A stretch of 62,753 bases of DNA, counting the filler, from Rhabdomonas costata (Eukaryota): the NCBI GenBank assembly GCA_019059605.1. It is 13 parts of 13 records of this genome, joined end to end, with 100 filler letters (N's around TTAATTAATTAA, not from the genome) between each part and the next. Parts side by side here need not be neighbours in the genome. Positions count along the whole stretch, not along the records: positions 48,463 to 53,172 come from JAHMHO010000165.1; positions 53,273 to 57,965 come from JAHMHO010000166.1; positions 58,066 to 62,753 come from JAHMHO010000167.1; 10 more parts are not named here. The stretch is one strand, 5' to 3'. This document shows, one piece after another, positions 51,440 through 62,753 of the stretch. The translations under genes were made by a program, and so were the position numbers. The stretch's first letter is position 1; the number at the start of each line of letters is the position of its first letter. The notes beneath the pieces are model-generated. The model had not been told where the DNA came from. It ran no database searches and worked only from the letters and a program-made list of their open reading frames with translations.

Positions 51440-52971
51440 CGTCCTCTTTTCTGCCTGAACTTGTTCGCTTGAAAAGAGACGCTGCGAATGGGGCGCAAAA
51501 GAGGGTGTTCCTCTTTTGATGAGTTCCGTTCAGTACGTTGGCCACTGGACTGAGCTTCCTTGTGGCTCTTAAAGTGTTTTGAACTGTGATAAGGCGACAA
51601 AGGAGTCGCCTTGCTGTTGCGGAAAGGCAGACTGGCACCGTGATCCTAAATCAGTAATTTGCAGTGCTCCCCCCACAAAAGGGGTAAAAACACATGCATT
51701 AGACACAAGAACTCGGCGCTCTCTCAACATATAAACTTCACGGCGGTTAGCATTGCTCATATATTCAAAATCGCAGATGACCATGCTCCAGGCATGAAGA
51801 CCATCAAAGAAGGACGAAATCTCCCTCAACTTCCAGTCGAGTCGGGTTCTCTACCAGAAGCAACCAGCGCAAACACTGATGAAGGGAACCGAAACTTCGG
51901 TCCGAGGTCAAGAAAGGTCCCTACAACCGGTTGCGTGCGCGCCCACCGATTATACCAGAAAGAAGGCGAGAGAGAGGTTAGGACGGCCTGATGCAGTTCG
52001 ATGAAGGCACCTCAGCACTACTATTCGCAAGCAGAGAACCACCCTCCCGCCAGCCTTGTTGCTGGGATGGCAGAAACGGGGGAAAAAGGTTGCTGCACCG
52101 AACTCACAAGGAGGTTTGGAGCAGCTCAATGGTGCACATAGTCTACATGGCTCCCACGACATTCCCGAAAAGATGACAGACATTTCAGACTTCAATCCAT
52201 CTGGGCACTTTTCTGGTGCAGCAAAAGCTCGTTCAGTGTCTACCGAGCCTGAGGTTAACTCTGATTTCGGGACTGTGTCCCCGCTGTGTCTTCTTGCTGC
52301 CGTAAGGCTACCCTGAAGCGCTGGACAGGTCCATAAATCAAGGTCTCTTTCAGAGTGATGTTTCTGAGGAAAAGGGGAGTGAAATCAAAGAGACAGGTGC
52401 TACGTAATAGTACAATCACGTACACCTCAGCAAGCGAGCATGGAGAGGGAAGGGGTTTCCGAGGGAAGAGTGTCCTCACGCCAATGAAGATAAGGAACCT
52501 TGGAACCCTTGTTTTCAGACAGGAGAAAATCATATGTTCTTTACTATTTGGTTTTCCCTCTTGCCAAGCAGCAGATCAGCAAAGTTGGTCTTCCAAAAAG
52601 TTAGAGTACAATGCAGTGGCCAGAGGCCAAAGGCCAAAGGCCAATGGACAGTTTCCGTCATGTTCCACATGTGTTCACGACGCATTGCGCAAGAGCATGT
52701 GATTGAGCTTTGCATTGAGTCCGCAGACAGGAATGAGGGCCTGGGACTTGGGCTTTCCCGCCTTGAAACGCGAACATTTGGCCTGTTCTTCCGGGATGGG
52801 CGCGGGACGCTTAACGGGCAAGGCTTGGACATTGACGGGATTGAAAAGGATAGCAAGAATTTCAGCGAAAAGGTTTTCCAATGGCAGAACCCGCTCGTAC
52901 AACGTGGAGAGGGGCATCGGTCCGCCTTCCGTTGTTGCGAGAGACTGATCCGCTTCATTTGGGACGGGCAA
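51440..52971 (-). CDS. Candidate upstream exons (SerA N-terminal extension or a separate gene)
   Basis: Coding-like frames at 52675-52971 (MPLSTLYERVLPLENLFAEIL...), 51690-51830 and ~51450-51600. Strand and joins are uncertain. Confidence 0.25.
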
Positions 52972-54032
52972 ATTACATCACAAAATTTGCACACATTTAT
53001 TATTTATTCACTCCAGGCATGGTGAAGAAGATTTAAACGTTAATAAATCCCCTTGTTTAATAACACAGCATCATACTGTACAGTGACTCCAATGTGCAAT
53101 GGGTTGTAAAGAGAAATTAGATGAGATCGAGATGAGATCACCCAATTGTGTGTCGGGCTTTTCCCCACCCAANNNNNNNNNNNNNNNNNNNNNNNNNNNN
53201 NNNNNNNNNNNNNNNNTTAATTAATTAANNNNNNNNNNNNNNNNNNNNNNNNNNNNNNNNNNNNNNNNNNNNATACTTTCGTTTTTCAGCATAGGCTGGC
53301 TCAATGGTAACCCTCAGCCTAGAGTCTAAAGAGATTGTGGGAGCTGCAACTCAACCTTGTATATGCGGTTTGTTTGTTTGAAACAATTGAATTCTCTGCT
53401 GGATGCTGGCAAGGAGAAATGAAAAAATTAGTGAAGAGGCGGAGGCCAGTCTGCGGCGCGGCCGAAGCGAAGCGAGGCTCGAAAAAAATGTGAACCGGCG
53501 CACCGGTAACCTTGGTTCACTTTTGCAAGAAGGTCGTTTGCCGATACTCTTATTTCTTCACCCGACCACCATCTTGTTTCATGCCCCCACCTGCACACTG
53601 GAGCCGGGTTTACTACACCCCTCGGGGCCTTACGGCCCCGAGATAGTCGCTTGCTGCAACTGCCATTGGGAATTCCGGTGGCATTCAGCCACGGGAGCGC
53701 GTCAATGCCTTCTGAACCACACCGGAAGACATTCGATGGAGGGATGGGACGAGGTTCTGCGTCATTTTAAACCTTTAGGTCAATTGCAAATGCGAACCAT
53801 GAGGGCAGAACACACGACGAGTCCATTATTTTCTGGCTTTCCAGGAGGATTTCCCACGCCTACAGGCCTGCGTACCGACCGACAGCTGAAGGAGCAGAGC
53901 GCAGCAATTTCGGCGGTTCCAAGTCGAGCCTTATATGTGATGTCGAGGCGTGAACATATAATGAGCCGAGCCGTATGAGAACGATACATGGGGAGCAAGA
54001 CAGCACCAAGGAAAACTCAGGCGCTCCCAGAC

Positions 54033-56254
54033 CTGTGAGACCAGCTCGCCGCGGTTGGCTGCGGTGACCGTATGTAGCCGCACCCCAGGCACGCGCTTGG
54101 CCTCCTCAATAAACCCCCCGCCGTGCAGCGCCACCGTGGCAAGAAGGGCCACCCCAGGGTTAGCCAGAATGGCCCTCATCGCCGCTGAGCCAAAAAAAAC
54201 GGACAATACTTTAGTTTGTGGGGCAAAGAATGCAGAAACGGGTGCTTTCAGCCACGAAAGCGATCACACAAGACGCTTCTGGTTCCGGCGGTCTGGCTAA
54301 CCTGAATTTCTCCAGGAAAGCAGGACAAAAAAGACCCAGCCTAACCTGAGTCAGGAAATAGTGGGCATTACAGTGCCTTCTGCTTGAGCCTAACTTCCGG
54401 AGCAACACAAATGCAACAGGAGATCCTGCAAATTTCGAAAAGGCCGAATGACCGAAGATGCCTCCCCAGAAGAGCTAGAAGACCCCAGAACCCACCAAAG
54501 CCCAAGACCACGCCCACTACCCATCATGCCGCCAAGGATCGTCCCATCTCGCCACTTGGTCCATATTTGGTTTTCTGCTGGTAGTCCGGCTCCGGTGGAG
54601 CCGGTTCACCTGAATGAGGCAACATCGCCTTCAAACGCGTAAAATTCGAGTCTGCACAGCTGATTCCCCATTATTGAAGGAGTCTGGACATTCTGGCCAC
54701 CACCTTTGCCTGGCTGCCGGGGTCAGAAAAAAGAAAGCACTGATGGAACGCTGGAGAGAGAGCGAGCGAGCGAGAGTTTCGACGGAAAGGCGAAAAACCT
54801 ACGAAGCGAGTGGAGAACAGCTCCATTTTCCCAATCTCGTCAATGATGTACACGGTTGGGGCAACAGCTGCGGTGACCCCCGCCACCTCCCTCCCCACTT
54901 CCCTTCATTGGAACCGATGACACAAACTCACACTCACAACGTAGGGAACACTTCGCCCTCATTGTTTCACCACAACACCATCGTGCGCTCGTTCACCCAT
55001 TTTCTGCGGGGCAGGCGGAGATTCCTGTCTCATTGTGGGATGTCCCACGGCTCACAGCATTGAGGATCTCAGTGCGAGAACTAAGGCAGCGTGCGTTGTA
55101 TGCATTTTTTTCATCTATCTATCTTTCGGTTCCTTCTGTGTTCCTACTTTCAGCTCTCTCTGTGCCCCAAATTCATACTTTTGCACACATACATCGAATC
55201 GTTGACCTGGCAGTGCGGGCAAACCTGGGCCACTCACCTTCGCCAGCCCTGCACGAATCCTCTCCAAGACAGGGATCGCCACGTTCTCAAAGGAACTCAA
55301 GTCAACGACATATCGCCCAACCTCAGAAGAAAACATGGAAATTGGAAATTGGAAAAATCCCATGATAGGCAGACGACGGTTCTGGTCCAGCTTCTCGCAG
55401 TCTGTGTGTGCATGTGTGTGCTCGCACAAAAAGTCACAGGTCTGCTGAGCTGAGCCTTCGACCTCAGATTTTTCTGCACTCTCGTTCTCTGCCATCTGCA
55501 CGTGTGACATTGTGACATGTGAAACTTGTTGCCTCCTAATTCGTCGACAATCCAAGTCGGATGAATGGAATTTCGGAATATTCCGATTTTCAGAAGGAAA
55601 AAATAAGTGCGCTATTACAATTTTACAATGTGCTCTCTGTTGTGGGATTCATTGGGATGTGCATTTTGGCAAAGAGCTTTGTTCAACTGTTCACAAAAAA
55701 ACAAGAGAAGAATTAGAAAAAACCGGGAATCCAAGCTTACTGGTTGGATTTCTTGCTTTGGTGTAGTGAGAGCTGTCACCCAATTACCCCTATTTCTTCT
55801 GAATTGGCGGGCATCGACATTTGGCAGTTGGGGAAGAAGCAGCAACACCCGAGGCCCTTGGTGTTCCCCGATTCTAGCCAAAGGCGCTGTGACCCGCTTG
55901 TCCAAAGTGACCACGTTGAAGCCCACACGGCCTCCCGAGCCCCGCAGCTCCTTGAAAGGCACCCCACACCGATTCACCTCTTTGCAGCAAATTAAACTCC
56001 ATTACTATTTCGTTTCCCTCGACTCCAAGTTGGCCACCCTACATGAACCAACCAGGAAAAAAATGCACAACGCACGTCAAACTCGAGTCTGCGGATCCCA
56101 TCCTTGGAATTCTAGTGGCATCGCCAAAAAGGCACACCGTCGTGATGAACCCGTCCATGGCAACGGCGGGGTGTGCGGTACAAAGGTACTCCCCAACCTT
56201 TAGTAACAGTGTGGTCTTTCCAACTCCAGGGCTTCCGGTAACGAGCAGGGCCAT
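54033..56254 (-). CDS. NTPCR: NTPCR/THEP1 (C1orf57-type) NTPase, at least 5 exons. A last exon may lie at ~53780-53860
   Basis: LLVTGSPGVGKTTL, GFITT|ELRG...RVGFNVVTL, |VGRYVVDLSSFENVAIP, YIIDEIGKMELFS, LLATVALHG...VTAANR. Confidence 0.92.
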
Positions 56255-56991
56255 GCTTCCAAAAAAAAAAGCAGTCTCTAATACGCCAAAAAGACAGCTG
56301 CTTCAGTGTGGAGGGGGCGTCAAAGCGGGCAAATGATATAAGGTAGAACGAAGCGGATCTTGAACAATAAATAACGCTGAGGTAAACCGCAGTGAAAAAG
56401 TCGCATATCTCACGAAAATCTTACGGACCTTGATGTGAGCCAGATGTGTGTGAAAAATGGCGTCCATACTGCGTTTTTAGTATTCTTCTTTCCTTTCACC
56501 TTATCGGTGAATCAGCGTGCGTAAAAAAGAAAGTACGTAGGGTTGTTATACTGCTTTACAATTTACTGGCAACCAACTCATTATGTATACGAGGCGATGA
56601 ATGCCTGCTGAATTTGAACTTCAAAGAACGCCAAAAGTGAGGAGATGCATCTTTCCCTTTGCTTAATACTTTGCCAATAACTGTGAACCACGGGAGTGAG
56701 GCGGGCACGTTCGTTAGAAAAAACTAAAGATCGGCCAAACCCAATGTATTTCGGTGTATTTCAGTGCGGGATGTGTCAAACAGCCAATGTTTCCCCGGAT
56801 GTGCTCGAGAACTTCCCACAGCTGAACCAAAAAGCCAAAACTACACCGGATCCCACGCAGGTGCACCCCTCTGAGGCAGGCAAGGTTGATATACCTCAGT
56901 AGACCAAAAAAACAAACAGTCAGAAAAAGGGCGAAGACGAAGTCCAGTGGGGAGGGTACGGGGCATGTTCCTATTTTCTTGTACAACTCCT

Positions 56992-57907
56992 TCACTGCAG
57001 CGAAACTCTGCCCTCCTCGGTGATCTGATAGCGCCGGTTCTTGAAGTAGTGGGAACGGAATTCAGGGTGTTCGGCCCCGTCCTGTGCCGACTCTTCCAGA
57101 GCGGTCAGAACTGCCGTCTGAGGTGAATGCAAACAGCAGAATAAGAGGGCATTTAGCACAAAAGGAACTGGTGTGTCACTCATTTATTGCCACCCCGAGA
57201 CAGGGCACAGACCAAGAAGAACAAAAAACCGCGAAACTGCAAAATATGCGGAAAAAAGGAAAGTGCATGTCAAGCGAAAACTCCATTTTTTTTTCTGCTT
57301 CACAAAGCGGTTTTGCAGGCAAGCGTCAAAAGGGTTTCCGTCTCCTCCAGCAGGCACTGGCGGTGTCAGCTGTGAGAACCCACAAACCCTACTTCAGAAG
57401 CAAAATTGCAACTTGGGGTTGCTTAATGCACTCTTTCTGTAACTTAGCGCGATGCACAGTGAAACATGACGTTCGATGACAACGACAGCCTTTTTGTGGC
57501 ACGGTTCAAAAAGAAAAAAGTGTGAACGAACTTTCTCGTCAAGAAGCTCGCGCGTAATAGCTTTGTAGTTCTCGCCATGCTTAGCCGCAGTCTCAGCAAC
57601 AGCCTGCAGCTTGACCCTGTACTTCCCTTCTTCCTCCTTGGTCAGTGGTCGCCCATCCTTGGGATGCGGCCCCTAAGTGACAAAAACAAGGAGCCAACCG
57701 CAAACAACTCATTTGCAAGGTTTTGTGCTCTCCCATCCAAATGAAAGCTACGAATCACATTTTGACGGCTGGTGAAAGCAAGATGCGTTCAATTTATTTG
57801 TGGGACCGATCCGTCACATGCCCACCCCCCTTAGTCCCCACGGCAGCAATTAATTTCGGGCTGCCTTCGGCCGCGGGCGCGAGATGATCTCCATGCCTTT
57901 CGGGTCC
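56992..57907 (-). CDS. Hypothetical protein 3' end with a weak SURP/SWAP-like pattern
   Basis: In-phase exons DPKGMEIISRPRPK|GPHP...KLQAVAETAAKHGENYKAITRELLDEK|TAVL...SHYFKNRRYQI...*. Confidence 0.5.
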
Positions 57908-58183
57908 CTAAATCTACATACACGAACGCTTCCATCCGGCTCGTGCTACCCAGTTAAACGAGCAGNNNNNNNNNNNNNNNNNNNNNNNNNNNNNNNNNNN
58001 NNNNNNNNNTTAATTAATTAANNNNNNNNNNNNNNNNNNNNNNNNNNNNNNNNNNNNNNNNNNNNGTGTGTACTTGACGAAGGTAACTTGTGTTTTACCT
58101 CCTCCATGATTATGCTTGTGTGTAGCCGAGCAGAACGTGCACTGCTTGGTTGCTGGGGTATTTTTGTCCCTTGTGCTGCGCAG

Positions 58184-60095
58184 GTTGAGAAGTCCATGGT
58201 TCCTGTGGGTCCCACGTTCACTATAACAACTGAAAGCGCGAAAGCTGCAGACAAGCTGAGAAAGAAGGGCAAGAATCAGAATCGAAGCTTTGAGAAGTTT
58301 GTGTTGACTGCGGCTTTCGTCCGAAACTTTTTGTTTGGAGACTTTGTTTTATTGTCTTCGCGCGCTCTTTCCTGAGTGGAAACATGAATACAATCACAGT
58401 TTACCAACAAATTTTCCTCGCAGTCAGCAAGCTTTCCTCAACTCGATTGCTGAGCAAGGGCAACGCGATGCTTTTTTCGCAAAGTCTGGGGATGGCACAG
58501 TGGCCGAACTCCTCCAGAACGTGCTTCCTGTGGGGGTACAGCACCGAAATTGTCCGGTTTGCCCCCCGCCCCCAAGTGAACGGTTGGTATCTATGGAGCA
58601 CTTTCTTTCATGTGGACACCTCTTAGTAGTTTTCAGCTTTTTTCCTTCCGTCGCGGCACGCTTTCATCTTTTCAACCCCATGTTTGCACGATTATCCTAT
58701 ACATCCGATTATTCTCCTCGGGTTTCTCCAAAACTACAAACTGCTTCACATGCCCTCTTCACTTTCCCACCAACTTGTGTGTCGTTTTTTATTCAACCCA
58801 CTTCCTCCGCTTCTTCTTTTTTTTTTTTGTAAATTGTCTGATTTCTTCCGAACCCCCTCCCGTTGAAAAACTCTTGTGCCTGTGCCTGTGCCTGTGCCGT
58901 GAATTTCGAAAGTACGTATTCGACAAATCCATTTCTCTGGATTTGCATCCCCGGCCCGGATTTGGATATTTCGGGTTGATGATCATCATAAACTTTGGGC
59001 CAAAAACTGAAAAAGACGTCCAGACTGCAAAAATTCTATCGAGTTCCCTTTAATGCGAGGGCTGAACTTCGTTTTAAATCCTGTTCTTCTGCAGGAATAC
59101 GAAGAGATCCTTGTTCCATGTGCTCCGGCTGCTGCGGCAAAACCCTCGGAGCTGGTTCCAGTGACCGAGTTTGATGACTGGGCTCAGCTAGCTTTCCAGG
59201 CAAGCTTTGCCGTATTATGTTGCATGTTGTGTCACGCTGCATTGCTTCTTTTTTTTTGACCTTCCTTTCCTGAAAAAGTGCTCACTTTTGCGGTGTCGTG
59301 CTAATTTGGCTGAAATTTAAGAATTTTGACGTCCCCCACCCCCCTGTGACGTGTGTGAAAGTGTGAGGCGCATAATTGCTCAACCTGGAGAAAATGTGGC
59401 GTTGGAGGCGGAGGGCTCGGTAAACAGCTAGCCGGAGGTCAGGGTGCCACTGGACCACTGGACCACCTCAGGTGAAGGGCAGGGCCTGTTCGGGATGGTG
59501 GAATGATATCCAGAGACAGCTATCTCCATCCATTTTTGCGATTTTTGGTTGTGTTTTGTCTCCCGCAGAACATCACCAGGCTTAACGCGGTACAATCGAA
59601 GGTGTTTGACGTGGCCTTCCGTTCCAATGACAACATGTTGATCTGCGCGCCCACGGGGGCCGGGAAGACCCTGATTGCGCTCATGGCAATGCTTCACTTG
59701 ATCGGCCAGTACATTCATGGTGGGAGCATTCGAAGCGGTGCTGTAACTATATTCATTTTTCCCTCAACCCCCCCCCCCCTCCCCTCTTTTACCCTGCATT
59801 TTTTTTGTTCTTGTGCGTGTTTCAGAGGAGTTTAAAATCGTCTACGTGGCCCCTATGAAGGCCTTGGCTGCTGAGATGGCTGCAAACTTCCAAAGCCGAC
59901 TGGCGCCCTCCAACATCAAAGTCAACGAGTGGACAGGAACGCGTAACCCCTTCCTCGCGTTTGTTATTCTGCAGACCGAGTAGGTTCAGTGCTTTGGAAT
60001 CTTGCATTGCCGTCATCTTCACTTCCAGGGGATATTCAGCTCACTAAGAAGCAGGTTGCAGAAACCAACGTCTATGACACCACTCCGGAAAAGTG
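58184..60095 (+). CDS. ASCC3: ASCC3/Slh1 Ski2-like helicase (partial, 6 exons)
   Basis: [76 protein letters not shown]...TTPEKW. The N-terminal [16 protein letters not shown] segment favours ASCC3 over Brr2. Confidence 0.82.
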
Positions 60096-60329
60096 GTATG
60101 CCTCCTGTTGTGCTTTTCTTCTGTTTCGCTTGGTTTGTCCTTAGACCCCCCACATGGTTATTGCTGTCTTCCTAACACAGCAACTCGAAATCGAAATATA
60201 CATTCTTGAGTGTAATCATTTTTTCGCCTCCACCCATCCCTTTTTTCGCGGGCAAGTGGGGGTCGCCTTCAGGGCGGCCCTCTTCTCTCTTGTCTTGTTT
60301 TTTTGCACTTTGTTGTCCTGCTGCTCTGT

Positions 60330-62753
60330 TCCTAAGCAAACACCCGGTCACCCGGTCCCTGTCACCAAACCACCAAATGGCGGAAAACGCCCGCAGGATC
60401 TCCCTCTCGGTGATGTTGTCCCGCTGCAGCCGCTTGCAACGGGTCCTGGGGACCCACCTGCTGCGCCACCGCGTCCACTTTTCAGCTGCCCTGTCCCTGG
60501 CTGTCCGGGCGGCAACAAGGGCTGGCGCTCTTTCCAGTCGGTGCTTAACCACCTGGAGAAGATCCACTTGCAATCAGTTGGTGCCGTCCCGGAGGCTTGG
60601 CTGAACTTGGCTCATCTTCTTCCCGCACCCAGGCCCGACGTAGATTCAGCTGCTGCTCCCTCCTTGTCCGACTCTCTCCGCCGCGGTCATCCAAGCGGTT
60701 GCCGAGCGCAATGCTGGGAAGGGCGCTCGACTCCTGTTCTCCAACTCTGCCCCTTCCGCCGACGTGTTCGGCGCCTTGCAGGCACTACACCCTGCAGGTG
60801 CGGAGGTCCTACCCGGCCCAATTCCTGCGGACGATGTTGTATGCCTGACAGAGGACGCCGTTTCGGACGCCGCGCTGTCCTTTGCCCCCGGTTCCTGAGC
60901 GGGGGCCTCCGGGCTCCGACCCACGCACCTGCGGGAGTTGCTTACCTGCGGCCCGTCCCAAGTGCAGCGCGCGCTTCTGCGTGCGCTCACCCGGCTGGTC
61001 AACCTTTTTGCTAAAAGTATTAGACGAACTACCCGGGCGAGTCCCCGCGAGTTTAGCACCCATTTTCGCCAGCGAGCGCTTGATCGGGCTGGGAAAGGAA
61101 GGTGGTGGTGTCCGCCCAATTGTTGTGGGCGAAACTCTCAGGAGGGTGGTGGGAAAAGCCTTGCTTGTGGACCAGTCACAGTTCCTCACCTCCGTCCTGG
61201 CCCCCGGTCAGGTAGGTGTTGGTATACCCAACGCGTGTGAGCTGATGGTCCACGCGGTACGTGAGTGGAGTTCAAACAACTTAGGAAGTCTTTGCTTAGT
61301 TCAGCTCGACTTGAACTCCAACGCCTTCAACTCCCTCCGCAGAGATGTGTTTCTCTCAGAGATTCGCAAGCGCGCGCCCACTCTGGCCCCTTGGGCTGAC
61401 TGGTGTTACTGTACCCACACACCCTTGTATACGGGGTCTGGAGTGATTCTTTCCCGCCAAGGTGTGCAGCAAGGGGACCCACTTGGCCCCGCTTTCTTCT
61501 CTCTGGGCACCCTCTCCATTGTTGAAGCAGCCCAGTTGCATGCGCGTTGGGTGTGTGGTTTCTCGATGACGGCCATCTGATGGGCACAGCTGCGCAACTC
61601 TCTCAAGTTTTTTGAGCAGCACGGCCTCACACTCAACTGGGATAAGTCGCGGGTTTGGGGGGATGCTTCGCTGTTCCCTGAGGGTTCTCTTTTGCATCGC
61701 CTCTCTACCGTCCCGCTCTCTCAGGGTCCTACGGTTCTTGGCTCCTATGTCGGGCCTTCTACTCATTTCGAGGATTACAGCTGAAAAAAGTTGGCGGGGC
61801 TTGAGGGGTTTTTGGACCGTGGTTGCGCTGCAGTGCCCCCAGACTGCTTTGAATTTACTGCGCTCCTGTCTGGGTGCTTGCAAATTGTCTTAAGCTGCAC
61901 GCACCATCCCTTTCGCCCTCCTCGAACCCGTTTTGCGCACGTGTTCGTTCTTTGTACGGGATGCCCTCTGTCAGTGTCTCGGCTCCCCCATTTCAGATGG
62001 TCAGTGGGCCCAAGCCTGCATCCCCCTTTCAAGTGGAGGGCTCGGCCTTATTGATCCGCCAATGGCTGCGCCCTTCCTTCCCTCGGACCCAGGGAACGGG
62101 CTCGGTTGCTGCTTCAGTCGACCTGGAGCAGTCGTGCGTCCCAGCACCACCTCACCCTCTGGGACACAGAGGGCCCCGCTCGGTAACGGTTTCGCCGACA
62201 ATGCCAGGCCCAACCCCACGCATCCGTCTGGCTGAGCGCACCCCCAAGTGCCGCTCTCGGCCTTCTCTTTGCCCCGACCAACATCCAGCTGCTGTGCCGG
62301 CACTGGCTCGGGGTCCCCGTGTTCCCCTCCCTGGAGGCTGCCATCTGCCTGCGGTGCCCAGGGAGATACACACGGCGACCACGTGCTGTGCTGCGCGGCG
62401 CTTGGTCGGTACGCCCGGCACACGGCCCTGGTCGACGCCCTGGTGAACATTGCGGAAGCCGCGGGCTTCGCGAGCAGGGTGTGGACTGCTCCCGACAACG
62501 ACCCGGGGACTTTGTCATCATCGGATTTGACCACGGGGTCGACATGGCAGTTGACCCTTCGGTGGTGCATCCCCTACAGCTACAGGCAGACTTCACCAAG
62601 GAGTGCGGCGTGGTCGCTGCCCGCCGTGAGCGGCAGAAGGCGACCAATACCTCGCCCGGTGCCACAACGCCGGCGTGCGTTTTGCGGCGGTTGTCGGAGA
62701 GACCACTGGAGGATGGGGCCCCTCCTCCGTGGGGTTCCTCCGACCACCACCAC
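60330..62753 (+). mobile_element. CRE-clade-like non-LTR retrotransposon (C2H2 finger - RT - restriction-like endonuclease), frameshifted, 3' end off the contig
   Basis: CPVPGC...LNHLEKIH, LIGLGKEGGGVRPIVVGETLRR, NAFNSL, GVQQGDPLGP, FLDDG, GGLGL, C..C..HVLCC..YARH, RPGD...D.SVVHP. The 5' boundary is approximate. Confidence 0.88.

Noticed and set aside
127-57907. A cluster of RNA-processing genes (SRRM1, LSM11, U1-C, SUGP1, SURP-like)
   Set aside because: They lie on different concatenated contigs. Only SRRM1 and LSM11 are physically linked.

Overview
This window is not one locus. It is 13 unrelated eukaryotic contigs of about 4.7-4.8 kb, roughly size-sorted and joined by artificial 100-bp linkers (44N-TTAATTAATTAA-44N), with one internal N gap at about 41477-41638. 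Most contig ends start with G/T-only bases and end with A/C-only bases, and three carry fold-backs, which points to whole-genome-amplified (single-cell or low-input) DNA. The source is an intron-rich flagellated protist using the standard code. By hand-splicing exons I recover: an SRRM1-type PWI protein, LSM11, a NUDIX hydrolase, a BART-START protein (one frameshift), U1-C, a C3orf33/SNase-like protein, a truncated Pol eta, a kinesin, a METTL6-like methyltransferase, a SUN/discoidin-domain protein, SUGP1, CCDC39, an F-box-like protein, SerA, NTPCR and ASCC3. There is also a decayed Merlin/IS1595-type DNA transposon with TIRs and a decayed CRE-like non-LTR retrotransposon. Three themes stand out: (i) all confidently called neighbouring genes are co-oriented and have splice-acceptor-like signals just before the ATG, suggesting polycistronic clusters with trans-splicing (Euglenozoa-like, inferred); (ii) splice sites are relaxed (frequent GC donors, one apparent GA donor, AAG/GAG acceptors), alongside a SUGP1 with no intact G-patch and a divergent U1-C; (iii) a U7-type LSM11 is present. 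All gene identities come from motif recognition by eye; no database search was run.
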